DNA of 64,000 nucleotides from Rhizophagus irregularis (taxonomy: Eukaryota). Where the stretch lies: positions 992,001 through 1,056,000 of the forward strand of contig NC_089433.1 of assembly GCF_026210795.1 (NCBI RefSeq), read 5' to 3'. The position numbers were made by a program, and so were the translations under genes. Numbering within the stretch: the first letter of the stretch is position 1; every line of letters begins with the position of its first letter. The notes below the pieces were generated by a model. That model saw only the letters and a program-made list of their open reading frames with translations. It was not told the origin of the DNA and made no database searches. Shown piece by piece: positions 24,201-38,422 of this stretch.

Positions 24201-26061
24201 AATATAAAAGCCATACTATACCGCAATATATATATGCGTCATTGATTTCACATGCATTGTGACAGGTGATCAGTTGTCACATATCCCTTACACGAAAAAC
24301 ATGAATTATGTCCGAAAGTTCCATTTCAATGGCATCATTTGTCTGCAAGTGGTCTGGTACCGTACTCATTTAGAGCAACTACGGTTTAATACCCAGAAGG
24401 ATCTTGAAATTCACGTCAACATTGATTAGTCGATTTAAAGTAATTTAGGTAATAATTGAAGAGACTTGGCTTTCAAACTTAATTCTGCTACTTGGTCCAA
24501 AGTTCCTGCTCTCCTCGGACTAGTTTAATCTACACTTTAAGGCTTATATATTGCTTTTTCAAACGGTTCCGAAAAATTTGGCTTAAAAATAGTTTGATCC
24601 AATAGAGCCTGTGCATTTTGAAGTTGTTCAGCCCGTACAATCGCGTCATCTTGTTTCATAAGATTTATTTACGAGTTTAGGACCGCAAAGAAAAAAAATA
24701 ACATTTCTTATTTATTAAATTCGAAGCGTAGCGTAAATTTAGTGATCATGGGATGACATAAAGATTATCTAAACATATTTTGAAATTTAGTAAATAATAA
24801 ATTTAGTAAAATATAGGATTGGTGTTTGTCATCTGATCACACCCTCCTTTCTAAAGGCTGAGTGAATATCACAATGCTGCCCAGGTGATGAGTATATCAC
24901 GCCGCGACGCCGCGTATTAAAATTCGATATTCATGTGATGAATAATTTGCTTCGGACTTTATACATATAACTTTTCCGTTTCTTAGTCAAAAAATATTAT
25001 AAATTTATTGATTACTTTAAGAACTCAATATTATATGGTGATGGAATATATAATTTGTATGTTTATAAATTAATATGGCTACAGTATAAACTATATTGCT
25101 TACATATATTAATTTGAAGGCGAAAAAAAGTGGTGAAAGTTACGGTTTTATTTAAATAGAAGAGTCACAAAAACGTGCATGAAATCCTATTTGACTGCTG
25201 ATTCGTCTCTAATTTGGATAAATGGGTTTTGTTCCTCCGTTGCAGAAAAATCCTTTATTTGGTTAATATAAACGTCATAAAAAATGTTACTAACCTCATT
25301 TTATTGAGTGGGGGTTTTTTTTTTAAAAAAAAAATTCTTTTGAATATAAATCATCTCTAGAATAATTTTTGAGAAAATTCTTAAAATTTGGGGATAAGTC
25401 GGATAAGTCGGACTTGGGGACATACAAACTATACCTTATTTTTTTCATTTGAATTTTGTTTTTATAACCGTTTTTAGTAATTTTTTGCTTATTAATCTAA
25501 TCAAAAATAATCACTTATTTCTAAAAATATTTAAATATGGTAATTATGGTTATACACAAATTTCATAATAACCCTAATAAATTCTTAGAAACAAATGCAC
25601 AAAATTTTCACAATAAAAGATTTGCAGTAAAAAGAAAAAAAAAAGTGACCCATATGACGCATCATAAAAAAATCATTACCTAATTTTTCGAAAAATAACA
25701 TCGTTTTTTTTTCATTTTTGTAATTTATCCATTTTTTAACTAATTTATTAATTAATGAAATATAAACAATAATAATAAAAATAACTTTTATTGCAAATTC
25801 CACTTTGATTGGCATTTGTTGCTTTTGTTTTCTTTCTTTTTTGTAAATAACAATTAACCTGCGGTTCGGATTTGAAAATGATTTACACAATAACAATAAC
25901 ATTATTTTTCACACAATTTGGCCGTTTTGTGTAATATATAATTTTTATATAAATATTACCCCCATTTTTTCTTTTCTGACAAAAAAAAAAAACTTATTCA
26001 AAATATAAATTTAAATATTTCACTCATCTTTACAATTCATTATAAAGTCAACATTACATCA

Positions 26062-26553
26062 ATGCAGAATTATCAACCCATTTCCGCTCCTAAAACCGTC
26101 TCATACGGTTCATTTCAACAATATTCTTATTTTCCTGCGCGAGCAAATCCTTTCGCTCCACCACCTTCGAATTTCACACCGCAACCTCCAAAAGATTCTC
26201 CTAGTTCATCCGTAATTCATCCATTGCTTCCATTGCTTCACACTAATGAATTTTCCTATCGATTTCAAACTGAGTCCGATTCTTTAATCTATCAAGTTTT
26301 TTGCGAAAAGATTTCCGCAAAAATTTTAAATGAAACAATTAACAATAAATTAGAAGATGGCGAGCATATATTTTTCTATAGTCAAAGAAGTGACAACCAA
26401 ATATATAAAGTAACATGCAAATTAGATACTCCGAGATTTCTGACATTATATCAAAAAAAGAATCTCGAATTCAAATTGTCCACATATTTAAGCGATTACT
26501 TCATAATTGATTATGAAACATTAGTTCAGGTCCTTTTATACTGTATTAAATAA
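26062..26553 (+). CDS. Hypothetical protein with a Pro/Ser-rich N-terminus
   Basis: 163-aa ATG-initiated ORF with coding-like composition. No recognisable domain; the 3' end or further splicing is uncertain. Confidence 0.6.
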   Translation: MQNYQPISAPKTVSYGSFQQYSYFPARANPFAPPPSNFTPQPPKDSPSSSVIHPLLPLLHTNEFSYRFQTESDSLIYQVFCEKISAKILNETINNKLEDGEHIFFYSQRSDNQIYKVTCKLDTPRFLTLYQKKNLEFKLSTYLSDYFIIDYETLVQVLLYCIK

Positions 26554-27734
26554 CTTCTAGATAAATGTTTTTTTAAACTGAAGAAAAATTTTTGCTTTAT
26601 TAATATTAATATAATCTTTTTTTTTTTAAAAAAAAAAAAGAAAGTAAGAAATAAGATAATAATATAATTATTATTTATAAGTTGGGTGAAATAAGGAAAA
26701 CTTTTTCGAGCCGGATGTTCTTTATATACGTATATATTTTCAAGAAATTTTCCCGAATTTGAAGAAAGTAAAACCATACTGTCAGTCCGGTTTTTTAAGT
26801 GTAACATTGACCATACGAGCTGGGAGTTGGAAGGATTGATTCGGATGATTAAGAAGGTCCTAACGAGAAAAAAATTAAAAAAATTTATATTTTTGCATTT
26901 TTACTTAGATAGTGTTTCAGTAGTCCTTTTTTTTTTTTTCTTTATTACTTATTTATTATATATTGATCTTAAATTTGATTCACAACATTCTATTCGACTT
27001 AATTTAGGTCGAAAAATCGACAAAATTTCGTGAGTTATTAAAATATTTTAATAACGAATAACGAAAAAAAATTTTCGCTTTCTATTAATTCATTTGTTAG
27101 CTAGCATATATTTAATCATAGCACATTTCGATAAAAAAAAAATAAAAAAAAAATTATTTTTTTCTGAACTCTGTAAAATTCGTATGATTAAGATGTTTGA
27201 ATATGCATTGTAACTAAACTAAACATTGGCTGAGCATTTATAAACATGATCGCAGTAATTAATAACATAAGATAATGCATATTAGCATACAAAATTTAAC
27301 TGTATTTATATATTATTTAAACATAATTATTAAATTAAGGCGTGTACATGAATATAAGTTGTTTTGTTCATCAAGCAATTCAAGCATGTATAAGTTGAAA
27401 TATGCACGTATGTGCTATTATCATGCATGCGTGAAAAGAGAATTATGTCTGAGTCTCAATGAAGTCTTTGTCTACAGAAGCAATAATCAGTGAAATAGGA
27501 AATATTAGAAGTTGATTATTAAGATCCAGCTGCAGAAGCTGATGAAATAATTGATCATATGTAAAATTTAAAAATCGATATAATAATAAAAATATTACAT
27601 ACTGTAAATGCGTTAATAATGTTAAAAAAAAATTTATATATGTGGCATAAGCATTAGCATATTTTTTTAGTCAATTGATCAGCTTTATTTTAATTTTAAA
27701 AAAAAATCTAATAATTTAAAAAAAAAAATTATTC

Positions 27735-27765
<31 letters not shown>

Positions 27766-27848
27766 TGATAATGATAATGATAATAATGATAATAGTGATA
27801 ATAATAATAATAATAATAATATAATAATAATAATAATAATAACAATAA
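27735..27848. repeat. (AAT)n/(GATAAT)n microsatellite directly downstream of the Myb gene
   Basis: Direct reading of the repeat. Confidence 0.95.
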
Positions 27849-27867
27849 TTCTTTAATCTAAATCTTA

Positions 27868-28601
27868 TTAATAAGGTCTCATTCTATACGCTTCTCTAAA
27901 TTTATGTTCTATACGAGGTTCTAATACGGTTAACTTTTCAATTCCATTATTTTTTAAGGCTTCTTTACCTTCTTTATTTTGTTCAACAATTTTAACATAT
28001 TTATTTATATAATATCTTTTATTTGGATGCCAAAAATTCCTAACCTTATTCTCAGAATGTGTCCTACCGAATTCTTTTTCTAAATCATGGATTATACATT
28101 TCCAAAGTATAGTGTCAGATGCTTTATATACATGAGCTCGACTAACGATAAAATCTTTTTCTTCATCTGTCAACGGACTTTTACATACTATTAAATAATA
28201 AATATTAGTTATCAAATTATTGATGCTGATCAACATTATTTCTCGAACTTTCGTTATCAAGACATATAGATTTTACTTACGACGCGGATCAAGATAATTT
28301 TTCCATCTGAAATTGAAAATGAATTATCAATCTCATATCAAAAAAAAAAAGGAAAAAAAATTATTTATATAAACTAACCGACAACATATTTGGCTTCCGG
28401 TATAATTTGGAACAAATCTACTAACCCTTGAATACCGATCACGATAACTTTTAAACTGTTCCATGTAATAGGTTATAAGCATATCACTCTATATAAAAAA
28501 AAATAAAAAAAATAATAATAAATTAATTAAATTTCTATTTAAAATAATAATATTATTATTATATTTAAATTAATATGCATTACTCTTTTATCGAATATCA
28601 T
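27868..28601 (-). CDS. Small two-repeat Myb/SANT-like DNA-binding protein (157 aa, 4 exons)
   Basis: Exons 28601-28584, 28488-28379, 28306-28281 and 28187-27868 give MIFDKRSDMLI...YTGSQICCRWKNYLDPRLCKSPLTDEEKDFI...W.....FGRTHSENKVRNFWH, the Myb R2R3 signature. Confidence 0.9.
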
Positions 28602-31600
28602 TTCTTTTGCAGAAAAAAAAAATAAAAGGATCAAAACGAAAAAAAAAGTGAATTAAAAAAAATGTTTTAAAAAAAAAGTTTTCATACTTCATAGATTTGA
28701 CCTCATATTTATTATAAAATTTATCGAGAATCTAGTCTTGATTAGTTTTGAATTTCCAAGTAAATGACAAGAAATTTTGTAAACACAAAAACAACAAGTA
28801 TCAACTTCAATCTTGAATTATTCTTAAAACGTATTTCATTTAAAATTCGAAGTTACCATTTTCGATGATCGTCAAAAAAAAAAACGTGAACACAAAAAAA
28901 AAATAAAAGAAAAAAGAAAATAACGAATCGAATCGCGTTCATTATCATTTTTTGAACTTGAGCGATAAAAATAAATCTAAAGATTTTAAAGGTATATATA
29001 TATAAGTATAATACATAGAAAGGTTCCTTTTCATTAATTAAAAAAAGTGTAATATTTAATATATGATGCTGTTTCCCGGGAAATGAAGGGGCTTAAAAAA
29101 AAATTTTGATCAACGTTACATGATCATTAATTTAGTAATTTATTTTAAAATATCGAATTTTTTATATTGATTTCACAAGTTCACTTAAGATTTTAATGTT
29201 AACTTGTTTTGAAATAAAAAGGTGCTAAATTAAAATTTTATCAGACCCTTACATCGATCGCAATCAAAGTGAAAATGCCCATTAAATGATGCCATTTATT
29301 AATATATTATGCTGTAATATCAGTCATCATCGGTTTTAATAATATTTTTGAGCATTATTTTTTATCTGTTCTTCGTCCTGAGAGGTTTTTCATGGAAATC
29401 GCAACGGAATCTACAATAATGATGTTCCTCAGCAGTCTCTACAGAAGAACTTGCTCCTTAAAAGAAGTAGATTCCTTTATAATTTACAAAAAAAAGGAAA
29501 GAAATTCTTACCAAAGAAGGACAGTAATGAAAATCAATTCTCAAAAACTTTGTATGCTTATTTTGTAGCTTTTTATAACTTTAGCTTAATCAATGTTATA
29601 TTTTCATAACAACTTTTCGATAAAAAATTATTGTCGTTTGAAATATATGTAACTAGTTCACGGCAATACAATATTTTCTTTTCGTGAGTATTTGACAGAT
29701 GATCTAAATTTAAGTGCGATTGTAACAATTATCATTAGCCTTTACGATTTTTTTCGATCGCTTAAGACTTTCGATTAAAATGTCGTTAAAAAATTCAAAA
29801 ATTTTGAAATTTTTGGAATTATTAATTTTTGATACGAGAATTTTGATTGGGTAGGAGATTCATTTCATTATTATTACGAAAGGCTTGTTACACAATTAGC
29901 ATTAGTTAAGAATTCTGCACGTATGAAGATAATGAAATAACAATTTTCTAAAACATCATAGAATTTCAAGTTATTTTTTTTAAAAAAAAAAAATTCGTAA
30001 AGCAATTAACATGCCGCATGTTTTAATGACATGGCAAAAAAGAGTATAATTAATAAAATAATATGAGCGTAATAAAAAATTTATTTAATTGGTCCGAAAA
30101 ATGATACAACATTTATTAGCTGTTAGCTTCGCGTCTGATACTATATTTATTACGTATATATATAAATTTTTCAATAATGTAAATAAATATATAAGAATTA
30201 TATAAAATAAAAAGAAAAGCCAATTACAGGTTTATTATCTTGTTAAAAAGTTGTTGTTTGTTTACTGTATGAGGGTGAAGAAGGGGCTAAATTATTTATT
30301 GTGTTTTGTTTATTTTTCATTTTCGTTTAATATCGATGGGCGGAAAAGGCGATGCACATCCGGAATTTAAAATCCAGGATTTTTTTATGCAAACGTCTTT
30401 GTTGCTTTTGTTGCTTTTGTTGTTTTGTACTCACAAGCCTTCAGGGATTACCAAATTCGGTTTGATAAACCCTGGGCTTAACCCATTTTTCATGAATTAA
30501 CCGGTTATATATTAAAATTCGGCTGCGTAAAATTTATGGCGATCATTTTCTACCACACCCCGTCACCCCGCCATGATGAACTTTGATAGTGTCTCATCTA
30601 ACCTTCATATACAATAAATACCCAATTACAGGTTGACTATTATACTTTATTAAATTAAATTATTATTATTTTAAGTCCTCTTTTAAATTGGAGAATTATA
30701 TTATATATACTGCGTGTATATATAAAAGAAAATGTCTCTTTTTGTTATTAAATATTTCTTTTTATTAACAGTTAACGTTAATATTTCGTTTATTAATATC
30801 AAAAATATGGGATTTCGATTGGGACAAAAGATCATCGCAGCATATAATTTAATACCATTGAAAAGATATATTATAAAAACTTTACTACACGTTCGAATTT
30901 TTCTTAGAGTTTGAAATGATATTCTGATTCAAATTGGCCATTTTGAGATTATCATTTGACGTGGATCAGGATTTGTAAATTTTTTTTTAGATATTTTTTC
31001 TTTGCGAAAGGATTCAAAATAGAAACTTTCTGATTTATATTACGCGTATAAATAATATTAATAAATCACCTCATAATTATTTAAATCTTTGAAGCACAGC
31101 CAAGATCTCAATCTTCTTTCGAGAGATCACACTGAATTCACGCCTGAATAATATAACAATATATACTTTTTTAATTTATCAAATAAAATCATATGTAATT
31201 CAAATGTAATGTGAGACGAGACTGACGAATTGATTATAATACTGATATGATGTCAGGATTGATTATCAGTATTGATTGTATATTTTCGTCTGTTCATTTT
31301 CTGTTTTTCTGATTAACGATATTTATCAATAACGTTTCTATCGAATACGTACGTGTAAAATATATGTTCACATGATTTACATAATTGTGTTACATGATTT
31401 GGTCGTTTTTCGTGTGTCAATAGTACTAACCTCAAATGGCTAAATTCTCATGATTACATGAAGTTAGTTGATTATTTTGGGGTAAAAACATCTGTTTAAC
31501 CCAAATCCTAATGTGGGAATTGGTGAAGGTTTGTAACATTGGTCAGAATCTTCGTTTCATATTCTCACGAATTCCTAAAGATTCATTTTATTTTATTATT

Positions 31601-32999
31601 TTATTTTTTTCCTCGCCAAAATATTTTTAACCAATAAAAAGGACACTTTTTGTAGCTTACGCTACACGCACAATGGTTATGTCAACAAAAAAACCACTAT
31701 GTTTTTCTTTTTAATCTTGAAATGTAAACTGAGATTCATTCTTTTCTGTGGGATTTAACTGAACCAACGCCTGAATATAATAATTGTACTTTAATATGAC
31801 TTATTTAAAGTAAGTAGTAGACGGGTTATTTTAATGAGTGCTTGTAGTATATACGTATAAAGATAAAGACAGTTGTATTAACGTAATCACACTTAATAAA
31901 ATTACTATATAGCAGACGGGATTAAAAACAGATGGTCTGATTAAGTACATGTAGAGAAAGTATATACTTTCTCGAGTGAATTGATTTCTTACAACTTATC
32001 AAATATATTGGCAAAGGTCTCTATGGGTCAGGAGTGGCTCCATCACAAATCTAAATTATAACTCTTGCGGGGTTGATAAGCGTCTCTTTAATTTATGTCC
32101 GTTGATGATTTCGGTAAATTTATAATTAATTATTTATATTTAATTAATTATGATACACTTTACATTCTACTGAAATAATAATTTTCGCATGATCTATGTA
32201 TATCACGCTTCTAGCGCTAACCTCGGAAGTCTAAATTTCTTGCGATTGTAAGCGAAGATCTTTTTCAGTAAGTTAACTAATTTTGTGAACGAATCATTTG
32301 AATATATAACTTTTTTTTTTTTATTATATCCTTTTAATTTGAAAAGCAGTTCTGATTGGTGAGAAGATAAGCTAAATATGCCAAAGATCTCGCTCTTTTT
32401 AGGGATTAAAAGATTGTCAAGTATCATAAGGCCTAATTGAATCACGCTTGAAATATATGTTAATGGTTACTATCATTATTTATACATGTATGTTATTTAG
32501 TTTACTCTGTTTAAATTTTTGTTTTGTATTTTAACATACGTTCGATAACAAATTATCATACATTTTGGTATAATTTGGTTGTGTCTATACGACCATTTGA
32601 AAGATACGTAACGCGTTTAAAGCGCTCGTCGACATCAGGAAGCGGAGTTTGTGAGTCGCCATTTCGGCGATTGTTAGTAGGGGTGGGTTTTGGGCTGCTA
32701 GCTGGCATCTTGGCAAAATGTGTGATTTTATAAATCGAGTAAGTTTTCTTTTTTTTTAAATTTGATTATTCTGTATTTATTTCTAAGAGATAGATATATA
32801 TTTATTTATTTACAAATGAAATTTAACTTCGGACAGAAAAAAAAATTAATTCAAAATTTCTAGTGACAACTCATAATTTCTACTATAATTTAAGGTAAAG
32901 GGTAAAGGAATTAAAAACTATGTAATATATAACAAAGGGTATAATTTATGACTATTATCTGCACTAAATTTGACAATTTCTGTAGAAAAGACGCGGACA

Positions 33000-33310
33000 G
33001 GGAAAAGGGAAGAGAAAAGACGAGGGAAAAAGGGATAGACGAGGGAAGGAATAGACGAGGGAAAAAGGAATAGACGGGGAAGAAGGGATAGACGAGGGAA
33101 GAAGAAATAGACGAGGGAAGAAGGGATAGACGAGGGAAGAAGGGATAGACGAGGGAAGAAGGGATAGACGAGGGAAGAAGGGATAGACGAGGGAAGGAAT
33201 AGGCGAGGGAAGGAATAGACGAGGGAAAAAGGAATAGACGGGGAAGAAGGGATAGACGAGGGAAGAAGAGATAGACGAGAGAAAAAGGAATAGACAAGGG
33301 GGAAGGAGAG
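33000..33310. repeat. Purine-rich minisatellite (~17-21 bp unit atagacgagggaagaaggg)
   Basis: More than ten degenerate tandem units. Confidence 0.95.
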
Positions 33311-33317
33311 ATGATTA

Positions 33318-33682
33318 ATCGGACACACGGTTGCTAGTTCTCTTACGAACGCAGAAACAACCACTGATAAAAAGTCGGACACAAACCATGAAATCGTGTC
33401 CATCACCGATACCTGAAATGTCTCAGAGTCAACTTCATCACCATCCCAAACTTCGTCGTCGCCGTACGCACGGTCGCTAATTCTCTAACAAACGCAGAAA
33501 ATCAGTCCGAAATCGGACACACGGTCGCTAGTTCTCTAACAAATGAAGAACCAACAACTGACGGTCGCCAGTTCTCGGACAAATGACGAGATAACAAGTC
33601 AGATGGTTGCTAGTTCTCTTACGAACGCAGAACCAAAATCTTCAGTCGGACACGGTTGCTAGATCTCTAACAAACGATGAAA
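33318..33682. repeat. Spaced array of six ~30-bp motifs (cacggt(t/c)gctagttctct(t/a)ac(g/a)aacgcagaa)
   Basis: Copies near 33326, 33469, 33519, 33561, 33603 and 33650, separated by variable spacers. Confidence 0.8.
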
Positions 33683-36600
33683 CGTCAATAGCTTGTTGTA
33701 ATTGGAGAGATCAGACCAATTTTTGAAATTTTCAAAATTAATATTAAATGTTAAAATAATTTTTTTCATTTATCTCTTTATTAATCCTAAGAATAAAATG
33801 TCAATTTTCTGGGCTTGTTTTAAGAAAAAAAAATTAAAAAAAAATATATGTATATAAAAAAAATATTATATTTATATATTTTAAATAATAGACCAATAGT
33901 TTAATTTCTTGATGGTAGAGCAAATAATAGTAAACTATTTTGAGGTTGATTGAAGTACGATATTATACTTACTTTATGCATGATTGCATGTTCTACAGTA
34001 CGTATAAGTTCATTAATTGTATGTCGATCGCTATAAAATTATCGTAAATGATTGTATAGATAGTGATTTCCTATATTTGTTGTATTGTTTAAAAAAAGAA
34101 AGACGTATAACAAAAAGATGATGATTGACCGTTCTGAAAAACGCCGATATGCATTTAACAAATTATCAATGAGTTGTCATTTTGAACTAGATAAAATCAA
34201 TACATTTTTTTTACCCCAAAATTATTCGTATTGACAATTTCATACCCTTTTTTTTTTAAAAAAAAAAGGGAGGGGGCTTAATTTAAGCAACAAAAGATAA
34301 CAAATGACCAACGCCAGTATGCATTGAGTTAAAATATCAATGTTGAAAAATTTCAAAAGTTCTCATGACACTTTTTTTTGTGTGTGGGAGTAAATTATGT
34401 AATACATTTCTTGATACCATTGTCCATTGATTCCATAAATTGAAAAACTAAAAAAACATTAGTCAAATAACGTTACACATGTTTGAATTTTTATTAATTG
34501 CGTATTTCGAAGATCCTATTGTTCTTTACAATATATTCTAGAACAAAACTTGATTTTGGTCCACATTAGTATTATTTTATCCCGCGATATAACATTAACC
34601 TATAATTCAGGATATAATATTTTATTATCATTTACCGGAACGAAAAAATTATAATTTTAAAAAAGAGCAAAATATTTTTTTTCCTAAAGTATAGATCATT
34701 TTTTTATTATTCAAAACTTTGACAATATTAATTCAAAAATTGACAAGTTTTTAATTATCATACATAGATTATTAAATTTTTAAGTCATGAATGATATATA
34801 GATTATTAAATTTTTTTTTAAGTCATGAATGAATGAATACACAAAAATTAAAAGAAAAAATCAAAAGATTTAACCATCAACTGAAGTCGACAATCTTCAA
34901 TTTCTTAATAAATCAAATGATTTTGATATTATCAATTCATAAACCCATCCAAGTAAACCATTCTCTTGTATTTTAATCTAAAAGTCTTCTTTAAACTTTG
35001 AACTCTTTCATATTTAAAAGGAAAGAGTATTAGAACATTGAACTATTTATTTACTCGAGATGAGAATATCACATCGTAATAAGAATTCCATTATTTCGTG
35101 ATTGATAATGATGGTATCAAGTAAGTACTCTCCCTTAACATATTTTCATTCCGTATTTTAGTTACTACCTAGTTGTGACCTTTATGATTATGAAAAGGTA
35201 GCAGCAGGTTTTTCTTCGTATCGCATACATTTGTATACTGTATATATTACGATCAAACACGTCCAAGACTTCAATAACGTGTTATTTTTGATCCATAAAT
35301 TAACGCATTTTTTTTTTTGCTTTCATATGGAGTATCAATGAGACAAGCGTATGCGCGAAATTGAAGGAAGGAAAGTACGTAATTATATATTTTGTTTAAA
35401 TGAGCGAAAAAGGTTCATTTAATAAAAAGAAAAACCATTGATTTAAATGGTTTAATAAAAGAATTTATGCTATTTTTTCATAAAGTGTTTAAAATTGGTG
35501 ACAAATTAATATGAAAATTATTAATTTGTAATTGTTATTTTAGGGAAGACGTTTGAAAATTCGTCAATAGTTTGCTCGCCCCAAAAAATTTCCTGGGATG
35601 CTGGGAAAAACTCTGATAAATGATCATTTTTCTAGTTTTTACTCCAAAAAAACTCCGACATGTGATCAATTTTCTAAAAAATTTTTCATAGGGAATTCGT
35701 TATCGTCAACATTTGTGACAAGAGTCCAATCAAGATTATTTTGAGCCATATTATGAAGAAATATCATAGTAACAGGTGTTTATAATTTGTATAAAAAAAA
35801 ATTTGGACGGAATATTTTTTTGCTTTCGTAATTTTTTTTTTTTTAATTAATGTAGGAGCAGTTTTTTAGATTGAATAAAATTTTTTTTATGAATAAAGAT
35901 ATTTTGGTTATTTGATAGATTGTTTTTTCTTTTTAAAAAGTGCCATTGTTTGCAATTAGTTTAGGAAAAGTAATTTTGCAGTTTTGAGATATAAGTGAAT
36001 TTTTATATAAATGTGCATATTTAATTTTTTAGTGAAATTGTTGAAATTTCGCTAGGAATCTTTATAGGAAATCATTCGGCAACCGTGCGATTCGATTTGA
36101 GCGTAAAGAAAAACTTCAACAATGCGTTACAATAAAACGCATAATTGTCGCGAGTCGCGACTGAGGACAAAAACAAAAAAAATGTGTTGTATAATTATTT
36201 TTGAGAGAAAAAAATATTTGTAGATAAATGCGCAATCGTCTTTATTACTTGGTCTATGGCAATATATAAATAATCGACTATCTTACAAAATCATAAAGGG
36301 GACTGTTTTGGTTAGCGTAAAAACAGATATACAGATAAAAAACAGTGTTAACAAAGGTCATTAATATACTGGTTAAAGTTTTGAATAACATCTTATTTAA
36401 CTTTTCATTATAAATTAACAAAGAAAAATATGCTGTGAAAAAATTGAAGTGCATTATGGACCCTCCCCCTTTTTTTTAAAAAAAAAATCGTATGATTAAA
36501 TTATTCATCAAAAAAATTTGTACTATTTAAGTTAGTAAAGATTGATCATTCTGTAGTACCGATTGTTATCGAGTTTTTTATGTGAATGAGCCCTTTTTTG

Positions 36601-37675
36601 ATCTGAAATTCCGGATTCAAATCCTGATCTGTTTTTTTATGTAACTGAAAGAAAAAAACTAATAAAAAAACAATCAAAAAAGATGCATGATGACTCATTT
36701 AAAAATTTGATTCGTGTAAATCCGAAGATGATAAAAAAAAAAAGGTTCATTTAGGTCTAAACAAGCCGTAGATTTTCAAAAACCCCTTTGTCAATGAAGT
36801 AAACTCATTTCTATCTTTGGTCACATGGTTTTACCATAATTTTGCATCATTTATGATTTTGTAAGCTTTTTTCTCTGAAGAAATTCTGTTTAGAAAAATG
36901 TCATAGTACGACTCCATCCTTAGGTAAAATCAGAATATACGATTGCACAAACTTGCTAATGAAATAATTGAAAACTGTGAAAGCGCACAAAATTTGTTCG
37001 AAACAGAAAATGTAGCTCATGCTGTTGTTTCACAAGAACAATTTCAAAAAGGATTAATTACTGGGCAACATGAATAATCGAGAATTACGAGTTCGCTCAA
37101 AGCAGAAAGGATAGCTCATGCTGTTGAAATAAGCGCTTAGACCAACTTCATAAGGAATAAAGGAACGTTTACAATTAATTTGATCACAAATGCTTAGATA
37201 CACGTATTCAAGGCGGTCATGTTTTCTTGTAAAGACTAGAACCTCGATCGTCCTTAATACATAATGTTTAATTCTTAACATTCATCTAAAACTACGGTGG
37301 CTAGATTGGAACTTACCGCAAAGGCGCGGGAAATTTCTTGCAATTAACGTAACTAAATATCTATCACATAGCAAGAGGATAACTATTATACACAAACGCT
37401 ATGATTTTATATTTTTTTTTCATTTTCTCCCTTTCTTTTTACTTGGTTTACGTCTTTACCTTTGTATTATTATTTATATTTACCTTAATCAATTTTTGGC
37501 TAGTTTATTGAGCTGTACAGTAATGAATTTTTATGATTCTTAAAACAATTTCCGATTTTAGATTATGACTGCATCTTGAAATAATTATAAACAATTCCTC
37601 CTTTTCTCTTTCTGGTTAAAAACATCCTTTTATATAAAGAATTTTGATAGAATTTGTTGAAAATTCAAAAAAGTA

Positions 37676-38422
37676 ATGGTTTTAACTTTTAAACAAGTCA
37701 TTAACTATGAGTCGATTGAGTCGACCCATATTATGACGATTCTATCGAATCTCTGGCTCAGGCTTTTTACCCAAATTAATGAAATAACGGCAACTGGACA
37801 CCGTATTGGATTTCTGGCTCAGAATTTATCTAAATCAATGAATGACAGCAATGCATATTTTGCACCAATGGATGATTGCAATAAATGATGATAACGCTGA
37901 GCTCTATCATATAACCTCTAGTAAATGATCATTTTATAAGAATCTCAGACACGTGATTATTTTTCCAAAAAATTTTTTAAATAAATGGATGACGGCAATG
38001 CATGCATATTTTAATTTATAGTATATACACCAATGGATGACGGCAATGAATTACGATAACGCTATAACGCTGAGCTCTTGTCTGAATCAATGGATGGCGG
38101 CAATGAATGACGATAACGCTGAGCTCTATATAATCTTTAGCTCAGTCTTTGTCTAAATCAATGGATAACGGCAATTTCATGTGAACTATTTGGAAAATGT
38201 TTAATTTTAAATGAAATTTCCAAATGTTTGCAACTCAAATTTTATTTATACAAACCAATGGACGGTAGTAACGATGTCTCCGTATTGACGAACTCCGCGT
38301 TTGGATCCTTTATTATCAGGGTTTCAAACCAAACAAACCAATGGATGGCGGCAATGCAGATTTTATCAATATCAAAACAATAGATGACAGCAAAAACACA
38401 GCTTACAAGCTATATAGATAAC
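37676..38422 (+). pseudogene. Degenerate gene with internal (P/S)MDDGN repeats
   Basis: Repeated caatggat(g/a)(a/g)cggcaatg and gataacgctgagctct units. The ORF is broken by stops; donor-like gtaagt at 38422. Confidence 0.45.

Noticed and set aside
32911..33406. 128-aa and 162-aa ORFs
   Set aside because: Translations of the minisatellite in overlapping frames.
33318..33682. CRISPR array
   Set aside because: Repeats are degenerate, spacer lengths are very irregular, no cas genes are present, and the context is eukaryotic.
36940..37330. Gag-like or other TE coding relic
   Set aside because: Coding-like composition but no diagnostic motif.
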